DNA from: Scenedesmus sp. PABB004
Lineage: Eukaryota
Reading direction: 5' to 3'
DNA: 64,000 bases
Assembly: GCA_014905635.1 (NCBI GenBank)
Contig: JABVCE010000018.1
Location: 372,001-436,000, forward strand
Of this stretch, positions 11,542-24,399 are shown one piece after another (position 1 is the stretch's first letter; every line of letters starts with the position of its first letter). Both the position numbers and the translations under genes were made by a program. The notes under the pieces were generated by a model. The model saw nothing but the letters and a program-made list of their open reading frames with translations. It was not told the origin of the DNA and did not search any database.

Positions 11542-12551
11542 ATGGCGCCGATGCCTGCCGCCGCCGCCGCCGCTGCTGCTGACGCCGACGCCGACGGCGA
11601 GTGTGCGGCGCGGCTGCTCGGCGGCGCGCCGCTCAGCGTCGAGGTCTCGTTTGCCGAGGACGGCGGCGCCGGCGGCGCTGCTGGCGCCGCGCCGCCGGCG
11701 GTGGCGCGGTGCCTCTACGCGGCGCACGCGCTCGCGCGCGCCGTGTGGCGGACCTGGGAGTTTGCGGTCGCGCTGATACTCATGCGCCTCGCGCCCGCGA
11801 GCCTGCTGCTGGTCAGCGCCTACGGCCTGCTCGAAGACGTGGCCCGCCTCGGCGCCGGCCCGCTCGTCGGCGGGTACGTCGACCGCACGGAGCGCCTGCC
11901 CGCCGCGGTCGCGTGCTACGGCGTGCAGAACGGCGCCATCGCCGTCTCCGCGGCCGCGGCGGGCCTGCTCGTGCGATTCGGCGCGAGCCTCGGAGCCGCG
12001 GTGCGGCGCGGGCGGGGGGGGGGGGGGCGGCGGTTGCGCGGGCGGGGCCGCGCCGCTGAGGCGGCGCGCCGCCGCGCCGGCCGCGCCTGGCGCAGGCCTC
12101 GGGCGCGCTGCTGTGGACGACTGTGCTGGCAGGGGCGTGCAGCAGCGTCGGCAGCCTGGGCGCGGCGGTCGCGGTGGAGCGCGAGTGGCCGGCGGTGCTG
12201 TGCGGCGATGATGCGGCGAGGCTGGGCCAGGTCAACTCGGGTGCGCGCGCTCGCGACGCCGGCGCCGGTGGCGGCGCGGCGGAGACCTGCGCGGGCGCGG
12301 GCCGCCCGCCGATCGCCCGCCGCCGCCGGCCCACCGCCGCGTCTGCCGCCGCCGCGCAGTGCTGCGCGCGATCGATTTGTCAAGCCAGATGCTCGCCCCG
12401 GTGGCGGCCGGCTTTCTTATGACCTTAGCAGGCGTGCTGCCGACGGTTGCGGCGCTCGCGCTGGCCTGCCTGGCCGCGTGGCCGCTGGAGTGCCTCCTGC
12501 TGCGCACGGCGCACGCGCGCTGCCACCGGCTCAGGCGCGCACGGGTGGCGG

Positions 12552-12587
<36 letters not shown>

Positions 12588-13512
12588 CCCGCCGTGCACG
12601 CGCGAGCGCCACCGCCGCCCGTGCCGCGCGCAGGCAGCCCAAGGCGCCGCGGCCGGCGCGCGCCGCGCCGCGCCCGTGCGCGGCGCTGCTCGGCTGCGCG
12701 GGCTGGCGCGCGTACGCGGAGCAGACGTCGACGCTGCTCGCGGGCGTCGCGCTCGCGCTGCTGTATCTGACTGTTTTATCGCTTGGTTACTTGATGACTG
12801 GATTCCTCACGGCAAGCGGCGTGCAAGAGTCAACACTGAGTCTGTTCCGGTGCGCGCGCGCGCGCGCGTGCTCTCGCAGGACGGCGGCGGGGAGGCCGGC
12901 CGTGCCCCGCCCGACGGCGGCCCGCCCCCGCCCCGCGCCGCGCCGCCGCCGCCCCGCGCGCGCAGGGCCGCGGGCGCGGCGTCGGGGCTGCTGGCGACGC
13001 TGACGTTCCGCCCGCTTGTGCGCGCGGTGGGCCTCGTGGGCGCGGGCGGCGTGGGCATCGCCTGGCAGCTGGCGTGCCTCGCGTGCGGCGTGGTGCCAAT
13101 CGCGGCGTCGCGCCTGGCGGGCGGCGGCGGCGGCCAGGCGGGCGGCGGCGCCCTGCTGTACGTGCTGCTGAGCGGGCTGGTGGCATCGCGCTTTGGTCTG
13201 TGGACGTTCGATCTGTCCGTGCTGCAGCAGCAGCAGGAGCTAGTGCCGGGGGAGCAGCTAGGGACAGTCAGCGGCGTGCAGGCGAGCCTCCAGAGCGCTT
13301 TTGAGATTGCCTCGTTCGTCGCGGGCTGCGTGCTGCACCGCCCGGAGCAGTTCCCCGTCCTGATGGCCGGCTCTGTCTGCGCCGTCGCCGCGGCGGCGGC
13401 GCTCTACGCTGCGCACGCCTGCAGGGGCGGCGGCCGCGCGGCGCCGGGCCCTGCAGCGGTGGTGGTGGCGCACCACGGCGGCGGCGGCGGGGGCGAGGCC
13501 GCGAAGCAGTGA
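11542..13512 (+). CDS. Ferroportin / SLC40 (IREG-type) metal exporter, about 6 exons
   Basis: LYAAHALARAVWRTWEFAVAL, GGYVDR, AVAVEREW, VNS|VLRAIDL..QMLAP, LLYLTVLSLGYLMT, SRFGLWTFDLSVLQQQQE and GVQASLQ. Confidence 0.9.
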
Positions 13513-14245
13513 TCGAGACGCGCTGCTGGGCGCCGAACGTGCTGCGCCTCCTCCGGCCGCCGCCTGCAAACAGTTTAACCGCCGTGACCCCAGTTCTGCG
13601 CGCAACGCAGTGCGTATGTGCAACCGACTCGAAACACAGGCCGCGCGCGGCACGCTGACGGCCGGCGCACAGGGCAGCCAGTCGCCGCGCAGCGAGGCAG
13701 CGCACGAGCGCCAGCGCGACGGATCGTGCTGCAAGGACGACAAGGGAGACACTCGCTGCACACAATCGCGGCGATGGGCAGGGAGGGGGAGGTGTGCGTG
13801 CACGCACAAGACGCCGTGGCGCGCCGGCCCGGTGTGAGGCGCACCGCCGCTGCTGCGGCGGCCGCGCTGTGCTTGGGATTGGTTGCGGCGCGGGAAAAAA
13901 AGTGTGAGCCTGCAGTGCGAAGCACGTGCAGGCACGCAAGGCTCAAATCCAGTCGCCGACGGTTTGTGTTTGGCTGCCGCTCGTGCCAGAGCGCCGCTTC
14001 AAGTCAGACGGACGCCACCGCGCCGGGGTGGCGGCGCCGCTGCAGTGCGCGAGCCCTTCGCCCCCAGCGCTCCGCCCCCCAAGCTCGCCCGCAGTGCCGC
14101 CGCGGCGCGCGCGCGCTCGCGACCCCGGGCCGGAATCCCCTCGCCCGCACGGCCAGGGCCGCCGCCGCTGGGCGCCGCGCTGGGCGCGCGCGCCTCGCGG
14201 CCGCCTCGCAGCCCCGCCGTGCTGCAGGCCCCCGTGCTGCCTCGC

Positions 14246-15435
14246 TCACAGGTCTTGCAGGAACTGGCTGGGGTCGAGCGCCGACGCGGTGCCCGTGCCG
14301 GACAGCGTGCCCGAGTATGTCGCGCTGAGGCTCGTGCGCGACACGTGCACCCCGCACTCGCCGCCGCGCCCGCTGCTGCCGGTGCCGCCCAGCCAGGGGC
14401 CGCCCAGCACCACCGGCGTGAGCGGCTGCGCCGAGCCGCCGGCCGCCGACGACGCGCTCAGCTGCCGCGCCGCGGCGGCGCCGGGCGGCACGGGCACCGG
14501 CACCGCCACGCGCGCCACCGGCTGCGGCTGTGCCGCGCGCACGGCCTCGCGCGCCGGCGGCGTGCCCCCGACGAGCCGCCCCGTGCTGCCCGCCGCCGCG
14601 GCCGCCGCGGCTGCCGCGGCCGCAGCCGCGGCCGCCCCAGGCGAGCCGCCGCCGTCGCCGCCGGCGTCGCCGCCCAGGCCCGCCAGCGCGGGCGCGCTGT
14701 CGCGCGGGCTGTCGGGGTCGCTGGAGAGGTTGTCCAGCATCAGCTCCAGGCACGTCACCACCTGCAGGGCAGCGGCGGCGGCGGCGGCGTGAGCGGCGGC
14801 GTGTGAGCGGCAGCGTGAGCGGCGGCGTGCCGCACGGCCTCGGCGCGCGCGGCCGCTGCGCTGCGGCCGCCGCCGCCGCCGCGCCTGCTGGAAGCTGGGG
14901 CGATTGCTTGGCTCCGCGTCCCAGCAGGCGGTCATCAAGAGGCCGTACTCGTCGGGCATGTCGTCGGGCAGCGGCGGGCGCTGCTTCTGGATGACCACGC
15001 GCTCCACGACCGCGCCGTAGTGCAGCCCCCCGTACGCCTGGCTGTTGGTGAACACCTCCCACACTGCGCGGCGCGGCGCGGCGCGGGGCGCGCGGCGGCG
15101 TGGGCGGTCGCGCGGGGCGGCGCGGCAGCGGCACGCGGGGGCGTGCGTCGCGCGGGGCCGGGCGCGCGTGCGCGTGCGCGCCGCTCACTCATGATGCCAT
15201 AGGAGTAGCTGCGGGGGCGGCAGGCAAGGAGGGAGGGCGGGCGGCGGCGCGGCGGCGGGGCGGCGGACCGGGGGTCAGCGCGGCGCGGAGCGGGCGGTCG
15301 GGCGCGTGCGCGGGCGCGGGCGCGCCGGGGGCCCGCGGCGGCCGGCGCCGCGCGCGCGCCGCTCACACGTCGGCGGCGGTCGACATGTGTCCGCTGCGCA
15401 GCACCTCGGGCGCCATGTGCGTGATGGTGCCCTGC

Positions 15436-15467
<32 letters not shown>

Positions 15468-18400
15468 GCGTCGGCGCGGCGCAGGCGAGGGCGCGCGCGG
15501 CGCAGGCCCTGCCTCGCGCGCGCGCGGCGCGCCGTCCGCCGCACCATGCTCGCGGTGCTGCGGTGCGTCGCGCCGTCGAGCAGCACGGCCGCGAGGCCGA
15601 AGTCGCTGATCTTGGCGACCTGGTCGCACCCGCCGTGCACGTTCTGCAGCAGCACGTTGCCGGCCTTGAGGTCGCCTGCGGCGCGCGGCGCGGCGGCGGG
15701 CGGCGCGCTCGCCCGCGTGCGCGCGGGCGCGGCGCGCGCGGCGCGGGGCGGGGCGGGGCGGGCGCCGCACCGTGCAGCACGCCCTTGCTGTGCAGGTAGG
15801 CCATGCCGTTGGCCGTCTCGAGCAGCAGGCTCAGCAGCTTGACCATGTCGACGCGCTGGTCAATGTTGAGCCGCCCGGTCGTGACCGCGTCCTTGAGCGT
15901 GCCGCCCAGGCACAGCTCCAGCATGATCCACACCTGCACCTCGCCGCGCTGCGCGGCGTGCTCGGCGCCGCCGTCGTCGCTGCCCCGCCCGGCCGCGTCG
16001 GCGGCGCCGGCGGCGGCGGCGTCTGGCCCGGCGGCGCCCGCGCCGGCGGCGGCGCCGCCGCGGCGGCTGCGCCCCGAGCCGTCGCGCTGCTCGGGCTCGC
16101 CCTGCAGCACGGCCGCGCCCCGGTCGAGGCCGCCAGGCGCGGGAGTGCCGGCGGCATCGCCAGCGCCATCGCCGGCGCCGGCCGCCGCCGCGGAGTCTGG
16201 CGCAGCCGCCGCCGCCGCCGCCGCTGCTGCCCCGCGCCGCGGCGAGCCCGCCGCGCTGCTGCTGCTGGCGCGCCGTGCCTTGGACAGGTGGCCACGGAAG
16301 GTGAAGCCCTGTCCAGAGCAGGCGTTGCCTGTGCTGCTGTTGCCGCCATCGGAGGTGCTGCTGAGGGTGCGCTGCCGCGCGGCCCGGCCGTGTCCCTCGG
16401 CCAGCGGGGCTGAGGGCGGGCCGCTGGAGCTGGGGTGGCCGCTGCTGCCGGCCGGCCATGAGGCCTCGTGCTGCAGCACGAGGAGCGGCTGCAGCGCCGG
16501 CAGCGGCTCGCTGCCGGCGTTGGCGGTGCTGCTCGTGGGGGGCGTGCCGCCTGCGCCGCCAGCCAGCGCGCCCTCGGCCTGGCCGTTGGTCTGCGGGCCC
16601 AGCAGCTCCGCCGAGCTGCTGCGCGCGCCCGCGGGGCCGCCGTTGACCGGCACCCAGTGCACGTGCGCGGTGTCGTCGACGCGGCGCAGCGTGTCGTCCC
16701 CGTCGTCGCGCGGCGGCGCCGGCGCCGACTGCCCCGGCGCCGACTGCCCCGGCATGGGCCGCACGACCACGTGGGGCAACACGCTCATCTCGACCGCGTG
16801 ACCCTCGCTGCTGCTCGCGCGCGCGCCGCCGGCGGGCGCGGCCGCGTCCGACGACGCGCGGCGCAGCACGTTGCAGCTGCTGCTCGTGGGCGGGGTCGCG
16901 TTGGCGTCGCTGCGCCGCGCCAGCGCGTTGTGCGGCGCGCTGCGGTTCTGCGCGCTGAGGTTGCTGCTCGAGCGCTTGGCTGCCGCCGCCTTGCGCCGCC
17001 CAGAGTCGCTGGTGCGCGTCTCGCGCGCCTGCAAGCGCGGCGCGCGCGCGGGCGCGCGGGCGCGGGCGCGCGTGACCGGCCGCGCGCGCGGCGCCGGCGA
17101 CGGGCCGCCGTCGTCGTCGCCCCCGGCGGCGCCGCCGCCTCACCTGCAGAGCGCGCACTTGCTCCGCCGGGTTCCACACGCTGGCGTGGAACGCGCGCAC
17201 GATGTTGGGATGGTTCAGCTGCGGCGTCGCGGGCGCGCACGCGCGGCGGCAGGCCGGCTCAGCGCGCCGCGCCGGCGCGGGCGGCGGGCCCCGCGCGGCT
17301 GCGCCCGCCGCGCGCCGCCCCGCCCGCCGCGCCTGCCCCCTGCCCGACTGCCCAACTGCCTCCGCCCCTGCCGCTGTGCCCTAAACCCTAAACCCTGGCC
17401 CACCTGCATCATGACCTCCGCCTCGCGCATGACGCGCGCGAGGTCGGCCCGCGTGCAGGACATGATCTTCACTGCGACGTCGCTGCTGTGCCACCGCCCC
17501 CTGCGCCCCCGGCCGACGCAGCGCGCGGCGCGGCGCGGTTGGAGCCCGCGTGGCGGAGAGCGCTGGAGCGGGCAGCGCGCGGCTGGCGCGCGCGGCGGCG
17601 CGCACTTGTACACGCGGCCAAAGGACCCAGCGCCCTGGCGCGGCGACCGGGCGGCGCGCGGCGCGGTGGGCGGCAAGCGGGCGGCGAGCGGCGCGGGCGC
17701 GTGGCGCGGGTGCGCGGGTGCGCGGGTGCGCGGGTGCGCGGGTGCCGCTCACCAGGAGCACGCCGAGCGTGACCTGCTGCGAGATGGCGCGGCGGCTGCC
17801 AGGGTAGTCCTCAACGCCGGTCAGCGGCGGCGGCGCGGCGCCGTCAAAGCCCTCCAGCATGTGGCTGCGGGCGGGCGCGCGGCCGCAGGCCGGCGGGTGA
17901 GAAGGGAGGGGTGTGCGGCAGGGCACCGTGCGGGGCGCGCGGCGCCGGCGCGTCGCGCGGCTCGCAGCCCGGCGCCCACCCCGTGCTCAGCGGCAGCTGC
18001 GACACCCACTGGCTGGTGCCGGCCTCCAGGTCTTGCAGCGACTGGCCGCCGAGGCGCACGCAGCAGAGCACGAGGCGGTGCCGGAAGATGCAGCAAGCGA
18101 CGAGCGCCGCCAGCACCACCGCGCCTGCGGGCGAGGGGGCGCGTGGGCGCGCGGGCGCGTGGGCGTGGGCACTGCGACCGCCCCGCCCCGCGCGCTCGCG
18201 CGCCCGCGCCCGCGCCCGCGCTCGCCGCTGCGGCGCACCCGCCACCGCCACGCCCGCGATCGCGCCGCGGCTCCAGGCGCCGCCGCCGCCGCCGCCGCCC
18301 ATCGCCGCGGTCACGAGCATCGCGAGGCAGAGCTCCTCGTCGCCCTCGTGCGCGTCGAGGCACTCCTGCGTGATGGTGTGCTCGCACACGCGCGTCGTGT

Positions 18401-19456
18401 TGCGCTGGACGAGCACGTACCCCGGGAACTGGTTGCCCGCGTCGGGGTCGTTGCTTGAGGCGAGCATGCTGAACGCGGTAAAGTGCAGCGCGCGGCGGAA
18501 GCAGGCCTGCGTCGGCGTGAGGCCACTGAACGCCGCGACGACGCAGAAGGTGTCAATCAGGCTGACGTTGTTGGGCGGGTACGCGGCGCTGTAGCGCTCA
18601 AAGCTCCGCGCCGCGCGCAGCACGTCGTCGGGGCGCTGGCACGCGAGCTTCACGCGCACGACGTCCGACAGCTCCACGACGCTGCCGGGCTCGCCGCTGG
18701 CGGCGGGCGGCGGGGCGGCGGGCGGCGGGGCGGCGGGCGGCGTCGCGCGCGTGCGGGGGGCGGGCGCCGTGCGCGCGTGCGCATGCGGGTGCGGGGACGG
18801 CATGCTGGCGCCCCGCGCGCGCTGCTGCGCGGCGGCACGCTGCACGGCGGCGCCCGCCAGCGCGCCGCGCTCACACGAAGAAGTCGAGGCCGAAGCCGCC
18901 CAGCTTCCTGCGCAGGGGAGGGCGGGAGGCGGCGGCGGCGGCGGTCGGCGGTCGGCGGGCAGCAGCAGCAGCGGCGCGGCGACTGCGCGCCGGCACGCGC
19001 GCCGGCGCCGGGGCGCCGCCCGGCTGCCCGCGGCCACGCGGACCTGATGTTCTGCAGCACGATCGACTTGAACGTCACGTGCACGCCCGCGGCGAGCAGG
19101 ACCTTGCGCTCCAGGAGCTGGAAATCCATCAGGCCATACGGCTTCACGCTGGAGCGCACGGTGAGGTTGCGGCGCAGCAGAAAGGGCGCCTCCCGGGTGT
19201 AATGCGCCCACGCCAAGGGGCGCAGGACGTAGCGCCCCGCGCCCAGCACAATCTCCGTGACGCCCTCATCCTCGATGGCCTGCTTGAAGTAGGGCGCGCC
19301 CGCCGCGTCGGTTCCGTCGCTCGGCAGCAGCCGGCAGCCCGGGCCGCAGCTGTCCTGCGCGCCAGCGGGCGCAAGCGACGCCGCCAGCGCGAGCGCCAGC
19401 AGCGCTCCCGCCAGCCAGCGGCCCACAGGCCGCGCCAGGCCGCGAGGCGGCCGCAT
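14246..19456 (-). CDS. Receptor-like TKL Ser/Thr(/Tyr) protein kinase (signal peptide, ectodomain, TM, kinase with large insert), multi-exon
   Basis: N-terminal LAGALLALALAASLAPAGA; TM GAIAGVAVA|GAVVLAALVACCIF; GAGSFGRVY, VAVK, HPNIV, LHG|DLKAGNVLL, KISDFG, GTITHMAPE, DV|YSYGI, CWDAEPSNRPSF. Confidence 0.9.
17379..17396. repeat. Intronic telomere-type repeat (CCCTAAA)2+
   Basis: ccctaaaccctaaaccct directly after a kinase splice donor. Confidence 0.75.
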
Positions 19457-19892
19457 CAGCCCGGCCGTGTGTCACGCCGGCCGGCGCCCGGCGGCGCGGC
19501 TGGCCCGTGGGCCGCTCGCGCGCTGCTGCTCCATCTGCACCGTGCTGTCGGCACGCGTGGGGCTGCCAGCGCCGCGTGATCGCAGGTCTGTGTGGTCTGC
19601 GTCACTGCAAGCTCGGGCGGGGGCTGCGCACAGCCCGGCCCGCGGCGGCTTAGTCGCTGACGCGCCGCCGCGCGCGCGCGACGACCGGCCGGTCGCCGCC
19701 GCGCCGCAGCGGCCTGCAGCTGACCCAGCAGTCGCTGGCCAGCGGGGTGCTGGGCACAAGCTGCTGCGCCGGCGGTCAGTGTGAGGCTGCGCGGGCCAGC
19801 CTCCACTGCCAGACCCCGTCGCGCCCGGCGTGCTCGCCCGGGCGTCGGGCGCCGCCAACGTCGTGGCGCGTGACGCACACAGGCTGCCGGCC

Positions 19893-19941
<49 letters not shown>

Positions 19942-20563
19942 GCCGCCGCCGCCGCCGCCGCTGGCACCGCCGGCGTCGTCGGGCGCGCGACGGTGACCGG
20001 GTGCTGCACGCTGATCGTGCGCACCCGTTGTCGCCCCCGAGAGCAACCACGCGGCTTTCGCGGGCTGCGCAGCCCAGGCCTGGCGAGCGGGCGGCGGCGC
20101 CCGCCAGACCGCCGGTCGCCGTCGTTTAGCAGACCGCCGGCTGGTGCCACCGCCCCAGCGCCCCGTCGCCGGTGGCGTTGGAGTGCAGCCACCACCAAGC
20201 GTGCAGCCCGCCCGCTGGGCCGCGACACAGCTGCTTCGCGCGGCGCCGAGCCCAAGCTCGCACCACCGCTCTCCGCCGCTACCCTGCGCGCGCGCCAGCA
20301 CCGCCGCCCGATCGAGAGCCGGCACCGCGCACAGCGGGCACACGCCGGCCCAGCGCGTGCCGCTGGCCGCAGCGCGGCACCTCCCGCCTCGCAGCGGCCA
20401 CAAAAATGATGCCGTGCGCTTTGGGCGCCCCCGCGCTTCCCACGGCGTGCAAGGTGGGTGCGACCGCGCTTCGAAAGATGCATGGCCACCTGAATGCCGC
20501 TCCGAGGCGCACGAATGGCGTGCTGGGCTCCGCGTCGGCCTGGGGTCGTCGCCTCATCTTGGC

Positions 20564-21249
20564 ATGCCCGCCCGCTCGCAGGCCGAGGGACCGCAGCGGC
20601 GCAGCGGCGGCCACGTCACGCCGTACGCTCCCTACGCCGTGACCCACCACCCCTCGGGCGCCGCCGCCACCACGCCTGAGACGCTTCGCCGCTGCTCGCC
20701 GGTGAGCGCCACACACCCAGAGCCTGGAACCTCGCGCCGCACGCGCGCTGCGCTGCCTGACCTGCTGCTGCTCACCACCTTGCTGCTCACCACCCCCGCC
20801 ATGTCGCGCTCGCGCAGGCAACGCTGCTGCACGCCGCGCTGCGGCTGGCGAGCCAGTCGCTGGCCGCCGCGATGACCGACATCAGCGCCGCGGCGGCAGC
20901 GTTCGAGGGCGACGCGGCGGCGGAGCTGCACGCCGCGCTCGCCCGCGCCGAGGGCCACATGGCGCAGGCGCTCCGCCGCGCGCAGCTCGCCCTCGAGCTG
21001 GCGCCCTACCTGGCCGACGACGACGAGGAGCCCGCCGCGCTCGACGTGGCCGGCGCGCTGGCGCAGCAGCGCCAGCACGCCGCGCTGCAGCGGGAGATGA
21101 ACGGTCAGCTCGTGCTGCTGCTCGCCCACCAGGCGCACCTGCGGCGTCTGCAGCACCGCGCCGGCGCCGGCGGCGGCTGCCCCGGCGACGACGACGGCGA
21201 GGAGGTGTGCAGCAGCTACACCGGCCCGAGCGTCGGGTGCGGCGCCTGA
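20564..21249 (+). CDS. Hypothetical helical protein, probably 2 exons (intron about 20702-20817); start uncertain
   Basis: ORF 20872-21249 has coding-like composition (AELHAALARAEGHMAQALRRAQLALEL...) and extends upstream to a GCAG acceptor that joins in frame to a GTGAG donor. No family recognised. Confidence 0.5.
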
Positions 21250-22105
21250 GGTGCCACTCAGCGCGGCGAGCCGCCCCCCGTGCCTGGGCCCCCGCGGCGA
21301 GCTGCCCGGCCGGGGCTCTGCGGGCTCTGCGGCCTGGGCTGGCTGCAACATGGTGTGCTTCCTGTCGGCTGTCTTGTTGCCCTGCCAGCTGTCTCGTCGT
21401 TATTGGTCGGCTGCATGTTGCCCTGGATCGGGCTGAAGCACTTGCGTCGCGTCTTGACCACCCAACCAGGCGCGCAGTCCCTAATGGCGGCGCCAGCCGC
21501 CCCTCTCTCCACTCACCTCGCGCCAGGCGAGCGCGCAGCGCCGCCCTGCACACCCGAGCGTCAAGCCCACGGCACGGCCACTCAGTCCAATGACTGGCGG
21601 CTCGCTCACGTGCGCGCTCGCAAGGATCGATTTGCCTGCTGGCTGCGCGCCAGCCCATTCGACGGCCGACGGCGGCCGGCCACCGCCGTCCGGGCGTGTC
21701 CAGCTGTGCTTGCTTGTGTGTGGGGGGGGAGGGGGGTGCGTGGCCTGAATGCGCGCGCTGACCGAGCGCCGCGCGCCTGCGCGTGTCTTTTTCTCGACAG
21801 CACCGGGGGGAGGGGTTGCCGCTGACATCATGATGTGATCACCAACGCCTCCGCCAGCGTCAACCGCACAATTGTGCAGCGTGCGCTGCACTCGCTCCAA
21901 GGGTGAGCCGCCCGATGCCCTTACGAACAGCGCACTCGTGTGCGGGGTTGGAATCGGCGGTTCTGGGGGCGAGTGGGCCGTAGGGGGGGGAGATGATGCA
22001 CTGTGCCCAAGTCGCGCTGCTTTTGGACGGGCGGCGCGCGGCTGAATGTCTCATGGGCTGCAGTCGAACAAACGGGGCAAATGTTCAACGTGTGCGCCGC
22101 TGAGG

Positions 22106-22110
22106 TTACA
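22106..22110 (-). promoter_or_regulatory. Poly(A) signal TGTAA for the DnaJ gene
   Basis: TTACA on + about 110 nt past the DnaJ stop. Confidence 0.55.
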
Positions 22111-22218
22111 CACAGCGCTGCTGCGCTGCGCTGTGCGTGCTCCGGCCGCACCCGCAGCTGCCTGCCAAGGCGCGCGCGGCCGCGGCGGCCCGTCGCGCGG
22201 GGAGGCGCGGCGGCTCGC

Positions 22219-24399
22219 TCACGAGAACCAGCCCTTCTTGCTGCTGCTGCTGCCGCTGCTGCTGCCGCCCGCCTCCTCGCCATCAAACTCCTTCAGCAGC
22301 TCCTTCTGCCGCTCCGTGAGCCGCGCCGGCTTGATCACCCTGCGCGGGGCGCGGGTGACGCGCTCCGCCGCGCCCCGTCAGCCCGAGCGCGACCCGGGCG
22401 CCGCCGCCGCAGCACTGCAGCGGCCGTCCCGCCCCGCCGCCCGCCCCCGGCCCGGCCCGCGCGCGAGCGCGGCTGGCCAGCGCCTCACCGCACGGTCACG
22501 AGCTGGTCGCCGCGCCCGCGGCCACGCGGGTCGCCCACGCCCTTGCCGCGCATGCGCAGCACCTCGCCGTTGAGCGTCAGCGGCGGCACCGCCAGCTCGG
22601 CGAGGCCGTCGATGGTCGGCACCTGCAGCTTCCTGCAGCGCGGCGGCGCGCGGGTGCGGGCGCGGCGGCGCGGGCGCATCGGGCGCGCGCGCCGCGCCGC
22701 CGGCGCGCCGCCGGGCGCGCGGCGTGCGCGCCCGCGCCACGCACTTGCCCAGCAGCGCCTCGCTGAGGCGCATGGTCGTCGAGGTGAGCACGTCCAGCCC
22801 CTGCCGCGTGAACTGGGGGTGCGGGTCCACCTCGATTCGGAACAGCACGTTGAGGCGCTGCTGCCCGTCGCCCACCGGCGCGGCGACCTGCGCCGACGCG
22901 CGGCGGCGGCGGCGGGCGCGGCGGCGCGGGCGGCGCGCGCGGCGCGCGCGACGCGTGGGCCCGCCGGCGGCCGCGCGGGCGGCGATGGCTGCGGCCGCGA
23001 CTGCGGCTGCGGCGACGGCTGCGGCTGCGGGGCGCGCCTGTATCTGCTGCCCCGCGTCCACGCCGGGCGGGATGTCCACCTCCACCGGCTGCATCGTCGT
23101 GCCGACGACGCGCGAGAGGTCGACGCGCTTCTTGGTGCCCTTGGCCGCCTCCTGCGGGGCGCGGCGCGGTCGCGCCGCGGCGCGGCGCGGCCGCCGCGGT
23201 CACACCCCCCCCCCCCCCCCAGCAGCCGCCGCCGCCGGCGCCGCCGGCGGCGGTGCGCGTCCTGGCCGCCGCGCCGCGGCCGTGCGCCGCGCCGCGGCCG
23301 TGCGGTGCGTTGCGTTGCGCCGCACCATGAATGAGAGTCGCATCGAGCTCTCCACCACCATCATGCCGCCGCCAAAGAACTGGCTGAAGCCGCCCGGGTC
23401 GGCGCGGAAGAACGACTCAAAGATGTCCTGCGCGCTGAACGGCCCCGCGCCGCCGGGGCCGGCGCCAAAGCCGCCGCCAAAGCCGCCCGCGCCGCCGCCA
23501 AAGCCGCCCGCGCCGCCAAAGCCGCCCGGGCCGGGCCCGCCCTCGGCCTCCATGCGCTCCATGCCGTCCCGCCCGAGCGCGTCGTGCAGGCGCCGCTTCT
23601 CCGGGTCCCGCAGCGTCTCGTAGGCCTTGGAGACCTCCGTGAAGAGCTTGGCCGCCGCGGGGTCGTCCTGCGAGGTGGCCGCGGCGCGTCGGCGCGCCGG
23701 CCGCCGCGGGTGCCGCCGCCGCGCCGCTGCGCCGCGCGGGGCGGAGTCGGGCCCTTGCGCGGCGCGCCTTGTTGGTGTCCGGGTGGTACTTCTTCGCGAG
23801 CTTGTAGTAGCTCTTTTTGATCTCCTGCTCGCTCGCGGTCCGCGGCACGCCGAGGACTTCGTAGTAGTCCTTGGCCGCCGCGGCGCCTGCGCACGGGCGG
23901 CGCCACAAGCCCCGCCGCGCGGGCCGGGCGCGGGCGTCGGGCGGTGGGCGGGCGGGGCGGCGCGGGGCGGGCGCGCGCAGGCGCGCGCTCGCGGCCGCCG
24001 CCGGCGTCGCCCGACCGCCCCCAACCCACCCGCGCTGGTGTGTATGCTGCGCGGCCCCGGCGCCGCCGCGCCGTGCCAGCCGCTGCCGCCTGCGGGGGTC
24101 GGCGGCGGCGCGGCGCGCGGTGAGGGCGCGCCCCGGCCGCCGCCGCGCGCGGCGGCGCGGCACGCCGCAAGCGCCGGTGGCGCACCTCTGCTGCTGCCGC
24201 CGCCCGCGTGCGCCAGCTGCGCGCCCCATGGGGCCGCGGCGCCCTGGCCCGCGGCTGCCAGCAGGCTGGGGCAGGCGCAGAGCGCGCGCGCCGCCTGGGC
24301 CGCGGCCGCGCCAGCCCCCGCGCCGGCCGCCGCTGCTGCCGCGCCGCGCCCCGCCGCCGCCGCCGCGGCGAGGCAGCGCCAGGCCCCCAGCCCGCGCAT
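22219..24399 (-). CDS. DnaJ/Hsp40 co-chaperone (J domain, G/F region, C-terminal domain; no Zn finger seen), probably mitochondrial
   Basis: [23 protein letters not shown] (HPD motif), [11 protein letters not shown], Gly/Phe-rich linker, [36 protein letters not shown]; Arg/Ala-rich presequence. Confidence 0.92.

Noticed and set aside
10564..13512. 982-aa ORF read as one large protein
   Set aside because: Only the first and last ferroportin exons fall in this frame; the rest is antisense FAM32A/OST4, introns or off-frame exons.
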